Below, piece by piece: positions 19,724 to 30,398 of a stretch of 64,000 nucleotides of DNA. The stretch lies in the sequence record NC_019526.1. One strand, 5' to 3'. Every line of letters begins with the position of its first letter. Position 1 is the first letter of the stretch. The notes beneath the pieces were generated by a model, which saw only the letters and a list, made by a program, of their open reading frames with translations, searched no databases and was not told the DNA's origin. Position numbers and translations under genes: made by a program.

Positions 19724-21457
19724 ATGTCATGGAAACGTCACATGAGTACTGCTCGACCACGAGTATCAGTACAAAAAAATACAAGTTCAGATAAAGCGGC
19801 AGGAAGCAAGTCAAATTTTGCTTCTTATCTTCCACAAGTATATCAAGGATTACCAAATCGAACCGATCGATATCGACAATATGAAGAAATGGATCAAGAT
19901 CCTGAAATCAGAACTGCATTGAATATCATTGCTGATTTCTGTACTCAGAGTGATGTTGATTTTGGATTACCTTACAAAATTAAGTACAAAGATAATATCG
20001 GTGATACTGAAGTTACTACAATCGAAGACCGCCTGGATGCATGGACTGATCAGAATGATTTTAAAATCAGAATGTATGAAATTGTACGCGGTTTGTTGAA
20101 ATATGGAGATCAATTTTTTATTCGTGATCCAGAAACTTATGATTGGTACTGGGTTGATCCTAGTAATGTTGAACAGGTATTTGTAAACCAGGCAACAGGT
20201 AAAAACCCTGTAGTTTATTATATCAGGGATGTATCTTTGAATCTAAAAGATAAAGTACTTAGTAATGTACATATTGGATTTAACCAAAGTGCTTATACTG
20301 GTGCTGCACCTAATTTACTTGGTTCTAATTCATCCGCTGCATCAGTTGGTGGATTGGCTGGTATTACAAGTTCTGGCTCTTCTGGTTCATCAGATCCATT
20401 TAATACAAGTGGTAGAATGGATGTATTACCAGTAGCTGCTGAACACGTCATTCATTTTAGTCTAAACACAGGACAAGATGGTGTGTGGCCATTTGGTACC
20501 AGTATTCTGGAAAATGTTTTTAAAACATATAAGCAAAAATCACTTCTTGAAGACAGTATTATTATATATCGAGTACAACGTGCACCCGAACGCAGGGTAT
20601 TTCGTATTGATGTAGGTGATATGCAAACTCATCAGGCAATGGCTTATGTTGAACGTTTTAAAAATGAAATTCATCAACGAAGAATCCCTTCAAATAAAGG
20701 AGGAAGTACTTCAATGATGGATGCAGCATATAACCCATTAAGTATTTTAGAAGATTACTACTTCCCACAAACTGCTGATGGTCGTGGTTCATCCGTTGAT
20801 ACATTACCAGGCGGCGACAATCTTGGGCAGATTGATGATTTGAGATACTTTAATAATAAACTTATTAGGGGATTACAAATTCCTTCATCATATCTACCAC
20901 AAGGTCCAGATGATGGAGGTGTTTCATTATTTGGTGATGGTGCAACTCAGGCAATGGCAAGTGAAATTCGTTTTAATAATGAATGTATGCGTTATCAACG
21001 TCTGGTAGCAAAAGTATTCGATGCTGAATTTAAACGATTTATGCTACATAACGGTTATAACATAAGTACTGCATCATTTGAGGTAGTATTGAATGCACCA
21101 ATTAACCTTGCAACTTATCGTAGAGCAGAACTGGATGCTAAATTGATTACTACCTACTTACCTCTTAATGATTTACCATATATGGCAAAACAAACCATTC
21201 TACAAAAAATGGGCTTTGAACAGAAAGATATTGTACAGAATGAAGAATTACTTCGTCAGGAACTTGGTATGGATATTAACACCGCTAATAGTACTGAACA
21301 AGCATCACTTCAATCAGTCGGTATTGAAGCACCAAATAATTCTGAACAAGATCTCGGTGTAGATGAAAATGGTGAGCTAGAAAGTGCAGATAAAGAATAT
21401 CAGGATTCACAAGAAACATCAAATTTTAACCCAAATGGTTTAGGTGATTCTTTTTAA
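19724..21457 (+). CDS. gp20: Portal protein
   Basis: YEEMDQDPEI, IIIYRVQRAPERRVFRIDVG, LEDYYFP, TLPGGDNLGQIDDLRYF. Confidence 0.97.
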   Translation: MSWKRHMSTARPRVSVQKNTSSDKAAGSKSNFASYLPQVYQGLPNRTDRYRQYEEMDQDPEIRTALNIIADFCTQSDVDFGLPYKIKYKDNIGDTEVTTIEDRLDAWTDQNDFKIRMYEIVRGLLKYGDQFFIRDPETYDWYWVDPSNVEQVFVNQATGKNPVVYYIRDVSLNLKDKVLSNVHIGFNQSAYTGAAPNLLGSNSSAASVGGLAGITSSGSSGSSDPFNTSGRMDVLPVAAEHVIHFSLNTGQDGVWPFGTSILENVFKTYKQKSLLEDSIIIYRVQRAPERRVFRIDVGDMQTHQAMAYVERFKNEIHQRRIPSNKGGSTSMMDAAYNPLSILEDYYFPQTADGRGSSVDTLPGGDNLGQIDDLRYFNNKLIRGLQIPSSYLPQGPDDGGVSLFGDGATQAMASEIRFNNECMRYQRLVAKVFDAEFKRFMLHNGYNISTASFEVVLNAPINLATYRRAELDAKLITTYLPLNDLPYMAKQTILQKMGFEQKDIVQNEELLRQELGMDINTANSTEQASLQSVGIEAPNNSEQDLGVDENGELESADKEYQDSQETSNFNPNGLGDSF

Positions 21458-21490
21458 AAATAAATAAAAGAGTACAAAAGGAATACTATC

Positions 21491-21721
21491 ATGCTTTTTA
21501 AAGATATTTTTGAGAGTACCAATGATTCAATGTACGATCCAGAAGACGATAAAAGTGTATATAAAATTACAGATACTCGCAAACCAAAATTAACTTTGCA
21601 GGCTCTGAATAATCTACGCAAGTACAGAGAATTTAAAGCTAAAGAAGACCAAAACCGAGATGCAAATGTAGCTGCTCTGTATAAATCTTCTCATGCTGCA
21701 CCGAATAACGGTGAAATGTAA
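21491..21721 (+). CDS. Small head-assembly protein (prohead core-like)
   Basis: 76 aa between portal and protease; MLFKDIFES cleavage-like motif; DTRKPKLTL. Confidence 0.65.
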   Translation: MLFKDIFESTNDSMYDPEDDKSVYKITDTRKPKLTLQALNNLRKYREFKAKEDQNRDANVAALYKSSHAAPNNGEM

Positions 21722-21817
21722 TATATAAAAATGGCATTTTTTAAGCTCTTTTAATAATGCCATTTTTCATTAAACTAAATACTACATATTAATGATTAAA
21801 ATCATTAGGAGAATATA

Positions 21818-22591
21818 ATGGCTAATCTAAAACTACTACAAGAAGCGATTCAGGCTTTTGCAAATGGCGAGCAAGAAGTCGCGGATACTAAAATGCGTCA
21901 ATATTTCATTGAAGCTGCAAGTGATATTAATAAAAAACTTGAAGAAGAAATGGAAGACGAAACTGACGATGAAGTAATGGAAGACTTCTCTATGTCTCCA
22001 TCTCAAGATCTGAATACCGATGTACAATACCCAATGGAAGAAGCTGAAGAAGAACCAACTGACGTTGAAGTTGATTTCCAAGCTGATGATGAAGGTGCAG
22101 ATGATTCTGCTGAAGCAGAACTACCAAGTGCTGATCAATGGGCTGATATCCAGGATGCATATCGCGGTCTACAGAAAATGTTTGATGAAATCGCTGGTTC
22201 CGACGAAGTTGAACTAGGTGACGAAGAAGAACCTACTGAAGACGGTTTCGAAGATGTTTCTTTTGGTGACGAAAAAGTTGGTGAATCTTATAAAATGAAA
22301 GATGCTCCAAGTGTAGATAAAACTGAAAAACCAGGAGTTAACAAAAAGTCTCCAATTGCTTCTACTGCTAAGTCTCCAGTACAAGGTGTTGAACCAATTA
22401 AAACTGGTAAAAACACCACTCCAGTAGTTGACGATACTTTTGACGGTGCTGATGCTGAATCTTTCACTATCCCACGTGATAATGACAATGTTCTTAATAA
22501 AGCAACTGATGCAATGAAAGATGCTAAGCAACCAAAAAATACCGCTACTAAAGCTAGTTCAGTACTACCTAAAAAAGCACCTAAACTATAA
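21818..22591 (+). CDS. Acidic prohead core protein (gp67-like position)
   Basis: Highly acidic 257 aa, strong RBS, late promoter CTAAATA, head-module position. Confidence 0.7.
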   Translation: MANLKLLQEAIQAFANGEQEVADTKMRQYFIEAASDINKKLEEEMEDETDDEVMEDFSMSPSQDLNTDVQYPMEEAEEEPTDVEVDFQADDEGADDSAEAELPSADQWADIQDAYRGLQKMFDEIAGSDEVELGDEEEPTEDGFEDVSFGDEKVGESYKMKDAPSVDKTEKPGVNKKSPIASTAKSPVQGVEPIKTGKNTTPVVDDTFDGADAESFTIPRDNDNVLNKATDAMKDAKQPKNTATKASSVLPKKAPKL

Positions 22592-22615
22592 TCATAAAAG
22601 GGAGATCATTTAAAT

Positions 22616-23236
22616 ATGAGTATGCTACGTGAATGGTCTTCATTCGAGGATTCTAAAGTACTAACTGAATACAGAGATAATGGTGTAGGTGGTAAAGATT
22701 GTTATCTGCGTGGAATTGCTATTCAGGCAGATAAAAGAAATCACAACGAACGTGTATATCCACTGAACGAAATTACTAAAGCAGTCCAAAACATGCAACA
22801 GCGTATTGCCAGTACTGGTGGTATTGCTGTTGAATGTGATCACCCAGAATCATTGAACATTAATATGGATCGTGTTGCTGGTATGATTACTAAAGTGTGG
22901 ATGGAAGGTTCTAATGGTATGGCTGAAATTAAACTATTCAATACTGATCATGGAAAAAATATTCGTGCGATGATTGAAGGTGGTCTTCGTCCTGGTGTTA
23001 GTTCACGTGGCTCTGGTAATGTTGATTATAATGGTGTTGTTAGTGATTTCGAAATTGTTACTATTGATATTGTAGCTCAACCTAGTGCTCCTGATGCTTA
23101 TCCAATGGCAGTATTTGAGTCTCTTAATAATAAGTATGGATATGGACAAACGCAGAAACCTGTTAATGAATCAAAGTCAGTTTCTAAAAATATGGATTCT
23201 GAAATCTATGATTTTTTCAAGAAATTAAAAGGTTAA
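22616..23236 (+). CDS. gp21: Prohead protease
   Basis: LRGIAIQADKRNHNERVYP, ECDHP, GVSSRGSG, TIDIVAQPSAPDA. Confidence 0.96.
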   Translation: MSMLREWSSFEDSKVLTEYRDNGVGGKDCYLRGIAIQADKRNHNERVYPLNEITKAVQNMQQRIASTGGIAVECDHPESLNINMDRVAGMITKVWMEGSNGMAEIKLFNTDHGKNIRAMIEGGLRPGVSSRGSGNVDYNGVVSDFEIVTIDIVAQPSAPDAYPMAVFESLNNKYGYGQTQKPVNESKSVSKNMDSEIYDFFKKLKG

Positions 23237-23280
23237 TATTTTTATAAACATAAATATTTGTATATTAAAGGAGATGTAAA

Positions 23281-24393
23281 ATGACTAAATTGGAAAAGCT
23301 TCTAAAAGAATCATCCCTTTCTGATGAAGCAAAACAACTCATCCAGGAAGCATGGAATGAAGAAAAAAATAATCTAGCCGCAGAAATGCGTCAGGAAATG
23401 AAAGAACGTTATAAACAAGATCTTGCTGAACTAACTGAAGGTCTTGATCAGATGATGAGTACTGTTATCGCTGAAGAAATGAATGCGGTATATGATGAAA
23501 AACGCAAACTCGTTGAAGATCGCGTAACTCTTCGTAAAACTCTGAGTAATTTCTCTGGTTTTGCTAATTCAGTACTAGCTGAAGAAGTGAAACAAATGCG
23601 TAATGAACGTAAACTTATTAAAGAAAGTATGAATAAATTCGTCAATTTCTCTAATAACATTCTTGCAGAAGAACTTAAAGAATTCCACGTTGAAAAACGT
23701 CAACTGGTAGAAAGTCGTGTTAAATTGCTTGCTGAAGGTTCTAAAAAAATCAATGAAGCTCGTGATAATTTTATTAAACGTACTTCCGAGAGTGCTGCAA
23801 AATATATTACGGAAACTACACAGAAACATCTTAGTGCACTAAAACAGGATATCGCTGAAGCTAAGCAAAATACTTTCGGGCGTAAACTATATGAAGCATT
23901 TTCTAATGAATTTTATTCACAACAATTCAATGAAAATGTCCTACTACGTTCACTGAATGAATCTCTGAAAACTAAAGAAGATGAAATTGTTCAAGTTAAA
24001 CAAGCTCTTTCAGAAAGTACTAAAGCAGTTAAAGAAGTTCAACATAAACTTCGTGTTATGGAAGATACTCAAGCACGAAATGCAATTATCTCTGAACTAA
24101 CTAAACCACTTAATGTACAACAAAAGCAAATTATGGAATCACTTCTGGCTACTTCTCCAACTGAAAAGCTAAAAGACGATTTCAATAAGTACCACAAGTC
24201 AGTACTAAATGGTACTAAAGTAACAGAATCTGTAAAAGACGTTCAACCTAAAAAGAAAACTCTTTCAGAAGGTTCAGTTGTTACCGGCAATCGCCAACAA
24301 GCAAAAGTTATCGTTGAAAATTCAGAAATTGATGAAGACGATATGAAGTACCTCGAAGAACTATCTATTCTAAGTGGTATTATTAAAAAGTAA
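23281..24393 (+). CDS. gp22: Prohead scaffold protein
   Basis: Coiled-coil 370 aa between protease and capsid genes, with multiple xxE-S sites. Confidence 0.88.
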   Translation: MTKLEKLLKESSLSDEAKQLIQEAWNEEKNNLAAEMRQEMKERYKQDLAELTEGLDQMMSTVIAEEMNAVYDEKRKLVEDRVTLRKTLSNFSGFANSVLAEEVKQMRNERKLIKESMNKFVNFSNNILAEELKEFHVEKRQLVESRVKLLAEGSKKINEARDNFIKRTSESAAKYITETTQKHLSALKQDIAEAKQNTFGRKLYEAFSNEFYSQQFNENVLLRSLNESLKTKEDEIVQVKQALSESTKAVKEVQHKLRVMEDTQARNAIISELTKPLNVQQKQIMESLLATSPTEKLKDDFNKYHKSVLNGTKVTESVKDVQPKKKTLSEGSVVTGNRQQAKVIVENSEIDEDDMKYLEELSILSGIIKK

Positions 24394-24430
24394 TATTTTT
24401 AACGCATATTTTAACCACCTTTTTCAGTAC

Positions 24431-24445
24431 TGATAAATAACTTTA
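24431..24445 (+). promoter_or_regulatory. Strong late promoter of the major capsid gene
   Basis: TGATAAATAACTTTA; identical 15-mer on the minus strand at 37376-37390. Confidence 0.75.
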
Positions 24446-24488
24446 TATTGAAAAAGATTTTAATAAAATTATCTAAAGGAGACTTTAA

Positions 24489-25670
24489 ATGTCTAATAAA
24501 CTACTAACTGAATCTCAATGGGCCGCGACCAAAGAACGTATTACCGAAGGTCTAAAAGGCAGTCGTAAACGTGTGATGGATATTACTATGGATAACTATC
24601 GTCGTGAGCGTGCACTATTTGAATCTGCTACTGCTGGTGCAACCACTGCTGGTAACATTGCTTCTGTTAACAAAGTAATTCTACCGATCATGCGTCGTGT
24701 AATGCCAACCGTTATCGCTAACGAAATTATTGGTGTACAACCAATGACTGGTCCATACTGCCAGATTCATACTCTACGTGTTCAATATGCAACCAATGCT
24801 CCAGGTGTTGCTGCTGGTGAAGAAGCTCTATCTCCATTCAAAATCGCCAAATCTTATACTGGTGAACTGAATTCTGATAACACTAGCCCACAAGCCGCTC
24901 CTACTTCTCAACTAGAAGGTACTATGGGTCGTCAGGTAAACATCAACATTCTACGTGAAATCGTTGAAGCCAAATCCCGTCGTCTCTCTGCTCGTTGGAC
25001 TGTTGAATCTATGCAAGATGCACAATCTCAACACGGTGTTGATATTGAAGCTGAACTGGTTAACGCAATTGCTCAAGAAATTACTGTAGAAATCGACCAA
25101 GAACTACTTTCTCGTCTACGTGCACTACCTGGTGCTCCAGCAGTGACCTATGACCAAACCAAAGTAACTGGTGTTGCTACTTTTATTGCTGATGAACACG
25201 CTTCTCTGGCAATTCTAATCAACCGTCAGGCAAACGAAATTGCTCGTCGTACCAAACGTGGTGCAGCTAACTGGGCTGTTGTTTCTCCAGAAGCACTATC
25301 TATTATTCAGTCTGCAACTACTTCTAGTTTTGCACGCAGTACTGAAGGTACTTTCGAAGCACCAACCAACGTTAAATTTGCTGGTACTCTAAATGGTACT
25401 ATGCGTATCTACGTTGATACCTATGCTTCTGATCTGGAAGATATCCTGATTGGTTATAAAGGTGCTAACGAAACTGACGCTGGTGCATTCTATTGCCCAT
25501 ACGTTCCATTGATGGCTACCGGTACTGTAATGGATCCAAATACCTCCGAGCTAGTGACTTCCTTCCTGACTCGTTACGGTTATCTGGAATTCGTGGATTC
25601 ATCCTCTTCCTTTGCAAACTCAGCCGATTACTTCAGCAAAATTGCTGTTCGTAACGTTACTTTCATGTAA
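24489..25670 (+). CDS. gp23: Major capsid protein
   Basis: IIGVQPMTGP, SRRLSARWT, EITVEIDQE, FYCPYVPL, LTRYG. Confidence 0.98.
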   Translation: MSNKLLTESQWAATKERITEGLKGSRKRVMDITMDNYRRERALFESATAGATTAGNIASVNKVILPIMRRVMPTVIANEIIGVQPMTGPYCQIHTLRVQYATNAPGVAAGEEALSPFKIAKSYTGELNSDNTSPQAAPTSQLEGTMGRQVNINILREIVEAKSRRLSARWTVESMQDAQSQHGVDIEAELVNAIAQEITVEIDQELLSRLRALPGAPAVTYDQTKVTGVATFIADEHASLAILINRQANEIARRTKRGAANWAVVSPEALSIIQSATTSSFARSTEGTFEAPTNVKFAGTLNGTMRIYVDTYASDLEDILIGYKGANETDAGAFYCPYVPLMATGTVMDPNTSELVTSFLTRYGYLEFVDSSSSFANSADYFSKIAVRNVTFM

Positions 25671-25714
25671 TAAAATAAAAAAACTAAAAATAATATAAAA
25701 TATTGTATTTTTTT

Positions 25715-25744
25715 ATGGGACTTCACTTTGAAGTCCCATTTTTT
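25715..25744 (+). terminator. Terminator after the major capsid gene
   Basis: ATGGGACTTCA-CTT-TGAAGTCCCAT followed by a T tract. Confidence 0.88.
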
Positions 25745-25786
25745 ATAGCATTAATTTGTTGAACAAAGTAACAAGGATGTTTTATA

Positions 25787-27013
25787 ATGATGACATTTGA
25801 TGAAGTGCATGAACAATTTATCAAAATTGGTAATAAGAGAGAACCATCTTATTTTAAAAAAATAATTTTAAAAGAAATTGAAATGTATAATTTAAATTAT
25901 GAATTTATTGGGTTTAATATTAATTCTATTATTGAATTTAAAGGAGCAAGAACGAAGTTAGTACTAAAATGTCCAGTACATGGTATTTTTTCTGATTGTA
26001 CTTTCAATAATTTTACAAAATCTAATGCACAGGGTCGCCGCTGTCCTGAATGTGCTAAAGAATCTAAAGCTTTGAAACAACGTTGTTGTACTGAAGAATT
26101 TATTGAAAAATGTAAAAGAGTACATAATGATTTTTATGATTACAGTAAGACTATATACGGAAAAAATGCTCATGAACACGTTGTTGTTACCTGTAAATTA
26201 CCAAATCATGGAGATTTCAAAATACGTCCTTCATGTCATTATAATAAAGCACAAGGTTGTCCTATATGTGCAAAAGAAAAAAGAAAAATTGATGAACAGG
26301 ATATAATAACCAGATTAAATGAAATACATAATAATCACTTTGGATTTGATAAATTCGTATATAATGGATCGGAAAATAAATCTATAGTAACTTGTTTAGT
26401 GCATAATAAAAATTATGAAGTTAAAGTTGGGAGTTTACTTTATGATCATGGCTGTGCATTGTGTTCAACAAGAGCAAAACACACAAAAGAATCATTCATA
26501 TCTATGGCAGTACTGAAACATGGTAATGTATATGATTACAGTAAAGTACAATATGTAGATTTATTCACTAAAGTTGAAGTTGTTTGTAATAAAGATAATC
26601 ATGGTTCATTCTTTATTACTCCAACAAGTCATATACATGGTTTAAAACCAAATGCATGTCCAAAATGTTCAAAATATGGATTTCAACCAAATAAACCTGG
26701 ATTCTTTTATATTCAAAAAATAACTAATTCATGTAAAGAAGTTATATCTTATAAGTACGGTATTACATGTGATTTAATAAGACGATTGAATGAGCATAAC
26801 AGAAATTCTATATATGTGCATGAATATATTTTTCATGAATACTTTGATAATGGGTATGAAGCAATTGAACTTGAAAAGCTTATAAAAAAATCAATTCCTT
26901 CTTGGTATTTGAATTCTAATGAATTTGGTGATGGTTTCACTGAAACATACGATCCTAAATACCACAAAGATGTTATTAATATAATCAAAAAACAACAAAG
27001 GAGAAATCCATGA
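25787..27013 (+). CDS. Homing-endonuclease-like protein (DUF723-like Zn repeats plus GIY-YIG/T5orf172-like domain)
   Basis: Four CxxH...GCPxC units; C-terminal FFYI...KYGIT...FGDGFTET. Confidence 0.75.
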   Translation: MMTFDEVHEQFIKIGNKREPSYFKKIILKEIEMYNLNYEFIGFNINSIIEFKGARTKLVLKCPVHGIFSDCTFNNFTKSNAQGRRCPECAKESKALKQRCCTEEFIEKCKRVHNDFYDYSKTIYGKNAHEHVVVTCKLPNHGDFKIRPSCHYNKAQGCPICAKEKRKIDEQDIITRLNEIHNNHFGFDKFVYNGSENKSIVTCLVHNKNYEVKVGSLLYDHGCALCSTRAKHTKESFISMAVLKHGNVYDYSKVQYVDLFTKVEVVCNKDNHGSFFITPTSHIHGLKPNACPKCSKYGFQPNKPGFFYIQKITNSCKEVISYKYGITCDLIRRLNEHNRNSIYVHEYIFHEYFDNGYEAIELEKLIKKSIPSWYLNSNEFGDGFTETYDPKYHKDVINIIKKQQRRNP

Positions 27014-27363
27014 AAACTGTAGTAGTATTCAAAACAATTAAAGAAGAATACATAAAAAGCTCAGTATCTAATATGAAAACGTTTGTTCCACAAGGAACAC
27101 TTGTTGCATTTGATGAGAATGATTCAATACTGTATTATTCGGATGATAGATTAGAATTCAGTACGGAAAAATTTATAGATATTGCAATGATAGTTGATAC
27201 TGAAGAAATGGAATACTCAGAGTACATGAAAAAGTACAAAGATTACCTTATGAAGTTTCATGGTAATGCACCTGTGATTAAATTACATGAATCCAGTGAA
27301 TTCTCCCCACATAACCCGTTTCAACGTTTGGTTGATTTGGGTGTGTCCTTCAAACTTTTCTGA
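27010..27363 (+). CDS. Hypothetical protein
   Basis: 117-aa ORF, ATGA-type overlap with the upstream gene, GGAG RBS. Confidence 0.7.
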   Translation: MKTVVVFKTIKEEYIKSSVSNMKTFVPQGTLVAFDENDSILYYSDDRLEFSTEKFIDIAMIVDTEEMEYSEYMKKYKDYLMKFHGNAPVIKLHESSEFSPHNPFQRLVDLGVSFKLF

Positions 27364-27421
27364 ACAAAAATTACCCATATGATATAATTTGCGAGAATAA
27401 AATTAAAAAAGGAAATTTTAT

Positions 27422-28156
27422 ATGGGTACTTATATACTAAAGCATACTTTGTTTGATAATCAGATAAACAAAGGATATACTTATCTTCCATCTTGTATCA
27501 TTGAACTTTATAAAGAAACAGAAAATAATTCATTTCTGAGTATTCGTTATCAGGGAAGATATGATAATAAGGTAAAAATAAAAAATGAACTGATTATTGA
27601 TGATTTAATTAAACAAAACATCATTACACAAGATATTCTATCTGAACTGTTTATTGATAGATTTTTATTGAATGCATCCAAAACATTATCATCCTCAGTC
27701 AAGTCTATACTGAACACCGATAACAGAACTATTTGTATTAACCCGTTTCTGGTTAAAGAGTTTTTGAAATACAAAAAACAATATAACATTGATATTAATA
27801 ATACGATACTTAATAATGCAATGCTTGAAAATGTTAAGTATGAATTCATGGAAGTGGTAACGTATAACAATTCACATGTAGGTAAAACTGCAAAACAAAT
27901 TAGCAAAACTTCTGAAGAAAAACGATTCACATCTTTACTTGATGATAATTTTATTGATTACGATGGAATAGAAAAATATCTACCTTTGGTGTTTGATGTA
28001 TTCAAATTTTCATTATCTGATAATGAATTCACCTCAAACGGTAGATTGAAACATAATGGATATTATTATTCTAATAAAGCCAGAGTTATCAAATTCAGGA
28101 TTAATGATGATTCATCCATTGAATATGTCAAATTATCAAATGAAGAAATTAAATAG
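27422..28156 (+). CDS. Hypothetical protein
   Basis: 244-aa ORF, AAGGA RBS, CTGAAC-N17-TATAAT promoter upstream. Confidence 0.7.
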   Translation: MGTYILKHTLFDNQINKGYTYLPSCIIELYKETENNSFLSIRYQGRYDNKVKIKNELIIDDLIKQNIITQDILSELFIDRFLLNASKTLSSSVKSILNTDNRTICINPFLVKEFLKYKKQYNIDINNTILNNAMLENVKYEFMEVVTYNNSHVGKTAKQISKTSEEKRFTSLLDDNFIDYDGIEKYLPLVFDVFKFSLSDNEFTSNGRLKHNGYYYSNKARVIKFRINDDSSIEYVKLSNEEIK

Positions 28157-28208
28157 ATTAATATCTTGTTATAAATAATTAATATACATATCGAAAAGGA
28201 TTTTAATA

Positions 28209-29996
28209 ATGAGTATTAGTTTTAATCACCCCCAGAATACTATAACTAGTACTGGAAATTCTGGATCATTAAATCTAGTGGTTCTTGGTGGTTCTCCTAC
28301 AAACCCAAGACCAATACGTTTTAATTCTTCATCCGTTATTATGCCTGTGCAATCACTACCCACAGGTGAAGCTGGTGCTATTGTTTTTGACAAAAGCACA
28401 AAAACCATGAAATATCATGATGGCTCTAACTGGGTTGAATTATTAAGTGCTTCCGATGTTGTAGCACCCCTTAATGTTCAAATCAATAACATTATCAATT
28501 CAATGGGAACAAAAATTGATACTGTTAATTATTCAAGTGCTGCAATACCGATGGCTAGTATTAGTGGTACTAATTTGAATATAGTATTTCCTAATTCCAA
28601 TCCAACTGTTGGAAGCACTGGATTATATACCAGTGCAAAAACTGGCAGTATTATGTACTATAGTTTAGCGTCAGGCCAAACATATGCCAGTATTCGTGAA
28701 CAAATGTCAGGAAAAACCAATGGTCAAAGTGGTAGAACCGGTTCTCAAACTTCTCCGTGGCTAACTTCAGATGGATGGTGTCTGGCTGATGGTATGTGGT
28801 GGACGTGGCAAGGCGAGAATGGTACAGTACTAAAACAAACACCAAACCTGAACCAAAGTGCCTATTTTAAGGGTTTATCTTCTGGTGGAATTACAAAAAC
28901 TGATTCACCAATTGGACAAAGTGGTTCTCTTGATACCTATACATTCACAATCCCAGATCATTATCACGGTGTAGGACAAATGAATGGAAATTCTGGACCT
29001 ACTGGTGACGATGGTTCATTTATATTTGGAAGATCTTGGAATGATGGAAATTCATATAGAGGACTTACTATTACTGGAGATCTCAACCGACGTGAAGAAC
29101 GTTCGATTAATGGGAGTGATCCAAATATTGCATTGAGTACAACGAATTCTATTTATTTAAATGCATCTCAACGTACAATTTCACACTCACATAACTTACA
29201 GAACTTCGACGTAGCACACTTCAATGTTGCAGTACTGTATAATATTGCTGAACCAAGCTTGGCATTATCGGAAAGTGTGGCAAATACAAAATTCGTACTA
29301 AAATCCGGTGATACTATGACTGGCAACTTGAATGTAGCCAACACTCTTAGAATCGCAGGTAATAGTACTAACATTCAGTTATATTTTACCAACTCTACTT
29401 TATCTGAAAGAGCAGCAATTTATCACCAAAGTACAACAAATACATTAAGACTGCGTTCAAATGGTGGTTCTGAAGTATATATTAATGGTGATGGTTCTCT
29501 GTATGTTCCAGGTTCCACAACCGTTACTGGTAATTTTGTATCACAAGGTTCCGCAACTGTTTCTGGTAACATTATATCACAGGGTTCTGCAACAGTTTCT
29601 GGTAACATTACATCACAAGGTTCTGCAACTGTCTCTGGTAACATTACATCACAAGGTAGAAATGTAGTAAGAGCTATTAATGGGATAACTGCTGATGGTA
29701 ATGGAAACTTAAATGTAACGAATTCTAGTGGTACTACTTCCGGCTGGCATAAAGATGAAGGTACCGGTATTATCACACAATGGGGTTACATCCAAAGTAC
29801 TGGTAATGATATCCATGTAAACTTTCCACGAACTTTCAGTTCAGCATGTTACTGTGTAACATTGGGTCAAATTTTCAACTCTCATGCTGACCAAGGACGA
29901 ACTGCACGTTTATTAGCACCTGCGTCAGTTTCTGGATTTGATTTTTATATCGGTTCATCAGAAACTGGGTGTTACTGGCAAGCAATCGGTCGATAA
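28209..29996 (+). CDS. Tail fibre / short fibre-like protein
   Basis: Gly/Ser/Thr-rich, HYH and HSH motifs, 12-aa repeats, C-terminal GIITQWG...VNFPRTF..ACY...YWQAIGR domain; TATAAATA at 28170-28177. Confidence 0.8.
   Translation: MSISFNHPQNTITSTGNSGSLNLVVLGGSPTNPRPIRFNSSSVIMPVQSLPTGEAGAIVFDKSTKTMKYHDGSNWVELLSASDVVAPLNVQINNIINSMGTKIDTVNYSSAAIPMASISGTNLNIVFPNSNPTVGSTGLYTSAKTGSIMYYSLASGQTYASIREQMSGKTNGQSGRTGSQTSPWLTSDGWCLADGMWWTWQGENGTVLKQTPNLNQSAYFKGLSSGGITKTDSPIGQSGSLDTYTFTIPDHYHGVGQMNGNSGPTGDDGSFIFGRSWNDGNSYRGLTITGDLNRREERSINGSDPNIALSTTNSIYLNASQRTISHSHNLQNFDVAHFNVAVLYNIAEPSLALSESVANTKFVLKSGDTMTGNLNVANTLRIAGNSTNIQLYFTNSTLSERAAIYHQSTTNTLRLRSNGGSEVYINGDGSLYVPGSTTVTGNFVSQGSATVSGNIISQGSATVSGNITSQGSATVSGNITSQGRNVVRAINGITADGNGNLNVTNSSGTTSGWHKDEGTGIITQWGYIQSTGNDIHVNFPRTFSSACYCVTLGQIFNSHADQGRTARLLAPASVSGFDFYIGSSETGCYWQAIGR
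29541..29657 (+). repeat. 36-bp tandem repeats in the fibre gene (SQGSATVSGNI[I/T])
   Basis: Units start at 29541, 29577 and 29613, with a partial unit at 29649. Confidence 0.9.
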
Positions 29997-30091
29997 TTTT
30001 TTTTGAACGAAAATAACATATAACGATATAATTAAAGCATCTGACACACAGTCAGGTGCTTTTTATATAATGACAAAGAAGGAAATTAATT

Positions 30092-30385
30092 ATGGCTAAA
30101 CATGAAGACAAAGTACAAATTGAAGATCTAAATAATGAACAACGCAAACGTCTTAGTGACGGTCTGAACAATGCAGTAGTTCAACTTACTTTTATTGATG
30201 ATACCAAAGCCTCACTGAAAGATTTTATTGATTCACTGGCTGACGAACTCGGTATCGATGCGAGTGATATCAAACAAGCCGCCAATACTATCTATAAACA
30301 AAACTTCTTCGATAAATCCAGTAAGCATGATAAAATCGAAACTATTCTAAGTATTACTGGTAATCTTCCACAAGCCGACGATTAA
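30092..30385 (+). CDS. dsDNA-binding protein, T4 DsbA-like
   Basis: 97 aa, SLKDFIDSLADELGIDASDIKQAANTIYKQNF pattern resembles the DsbA/GapR family. Confidence 0.65.
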   Translation: MAKHEDKVQIEDLNNEQRKRLSDGLNNAVVQLTFIDDTKASLKDFIDSLADELGIDASDIKQAANTIYKQNFFDKSSKHDKIETILSITGNLPQADD

Positions 30386-30398
30386 TACATTATAAATA

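Noticed and set aside
30391-30398. TATAAATA as a late promoter for the polymerase
   Set aside because: Immediately followed by a terminator hairpin and precedes a non-late gene; may be chance in AT-rich DNA.
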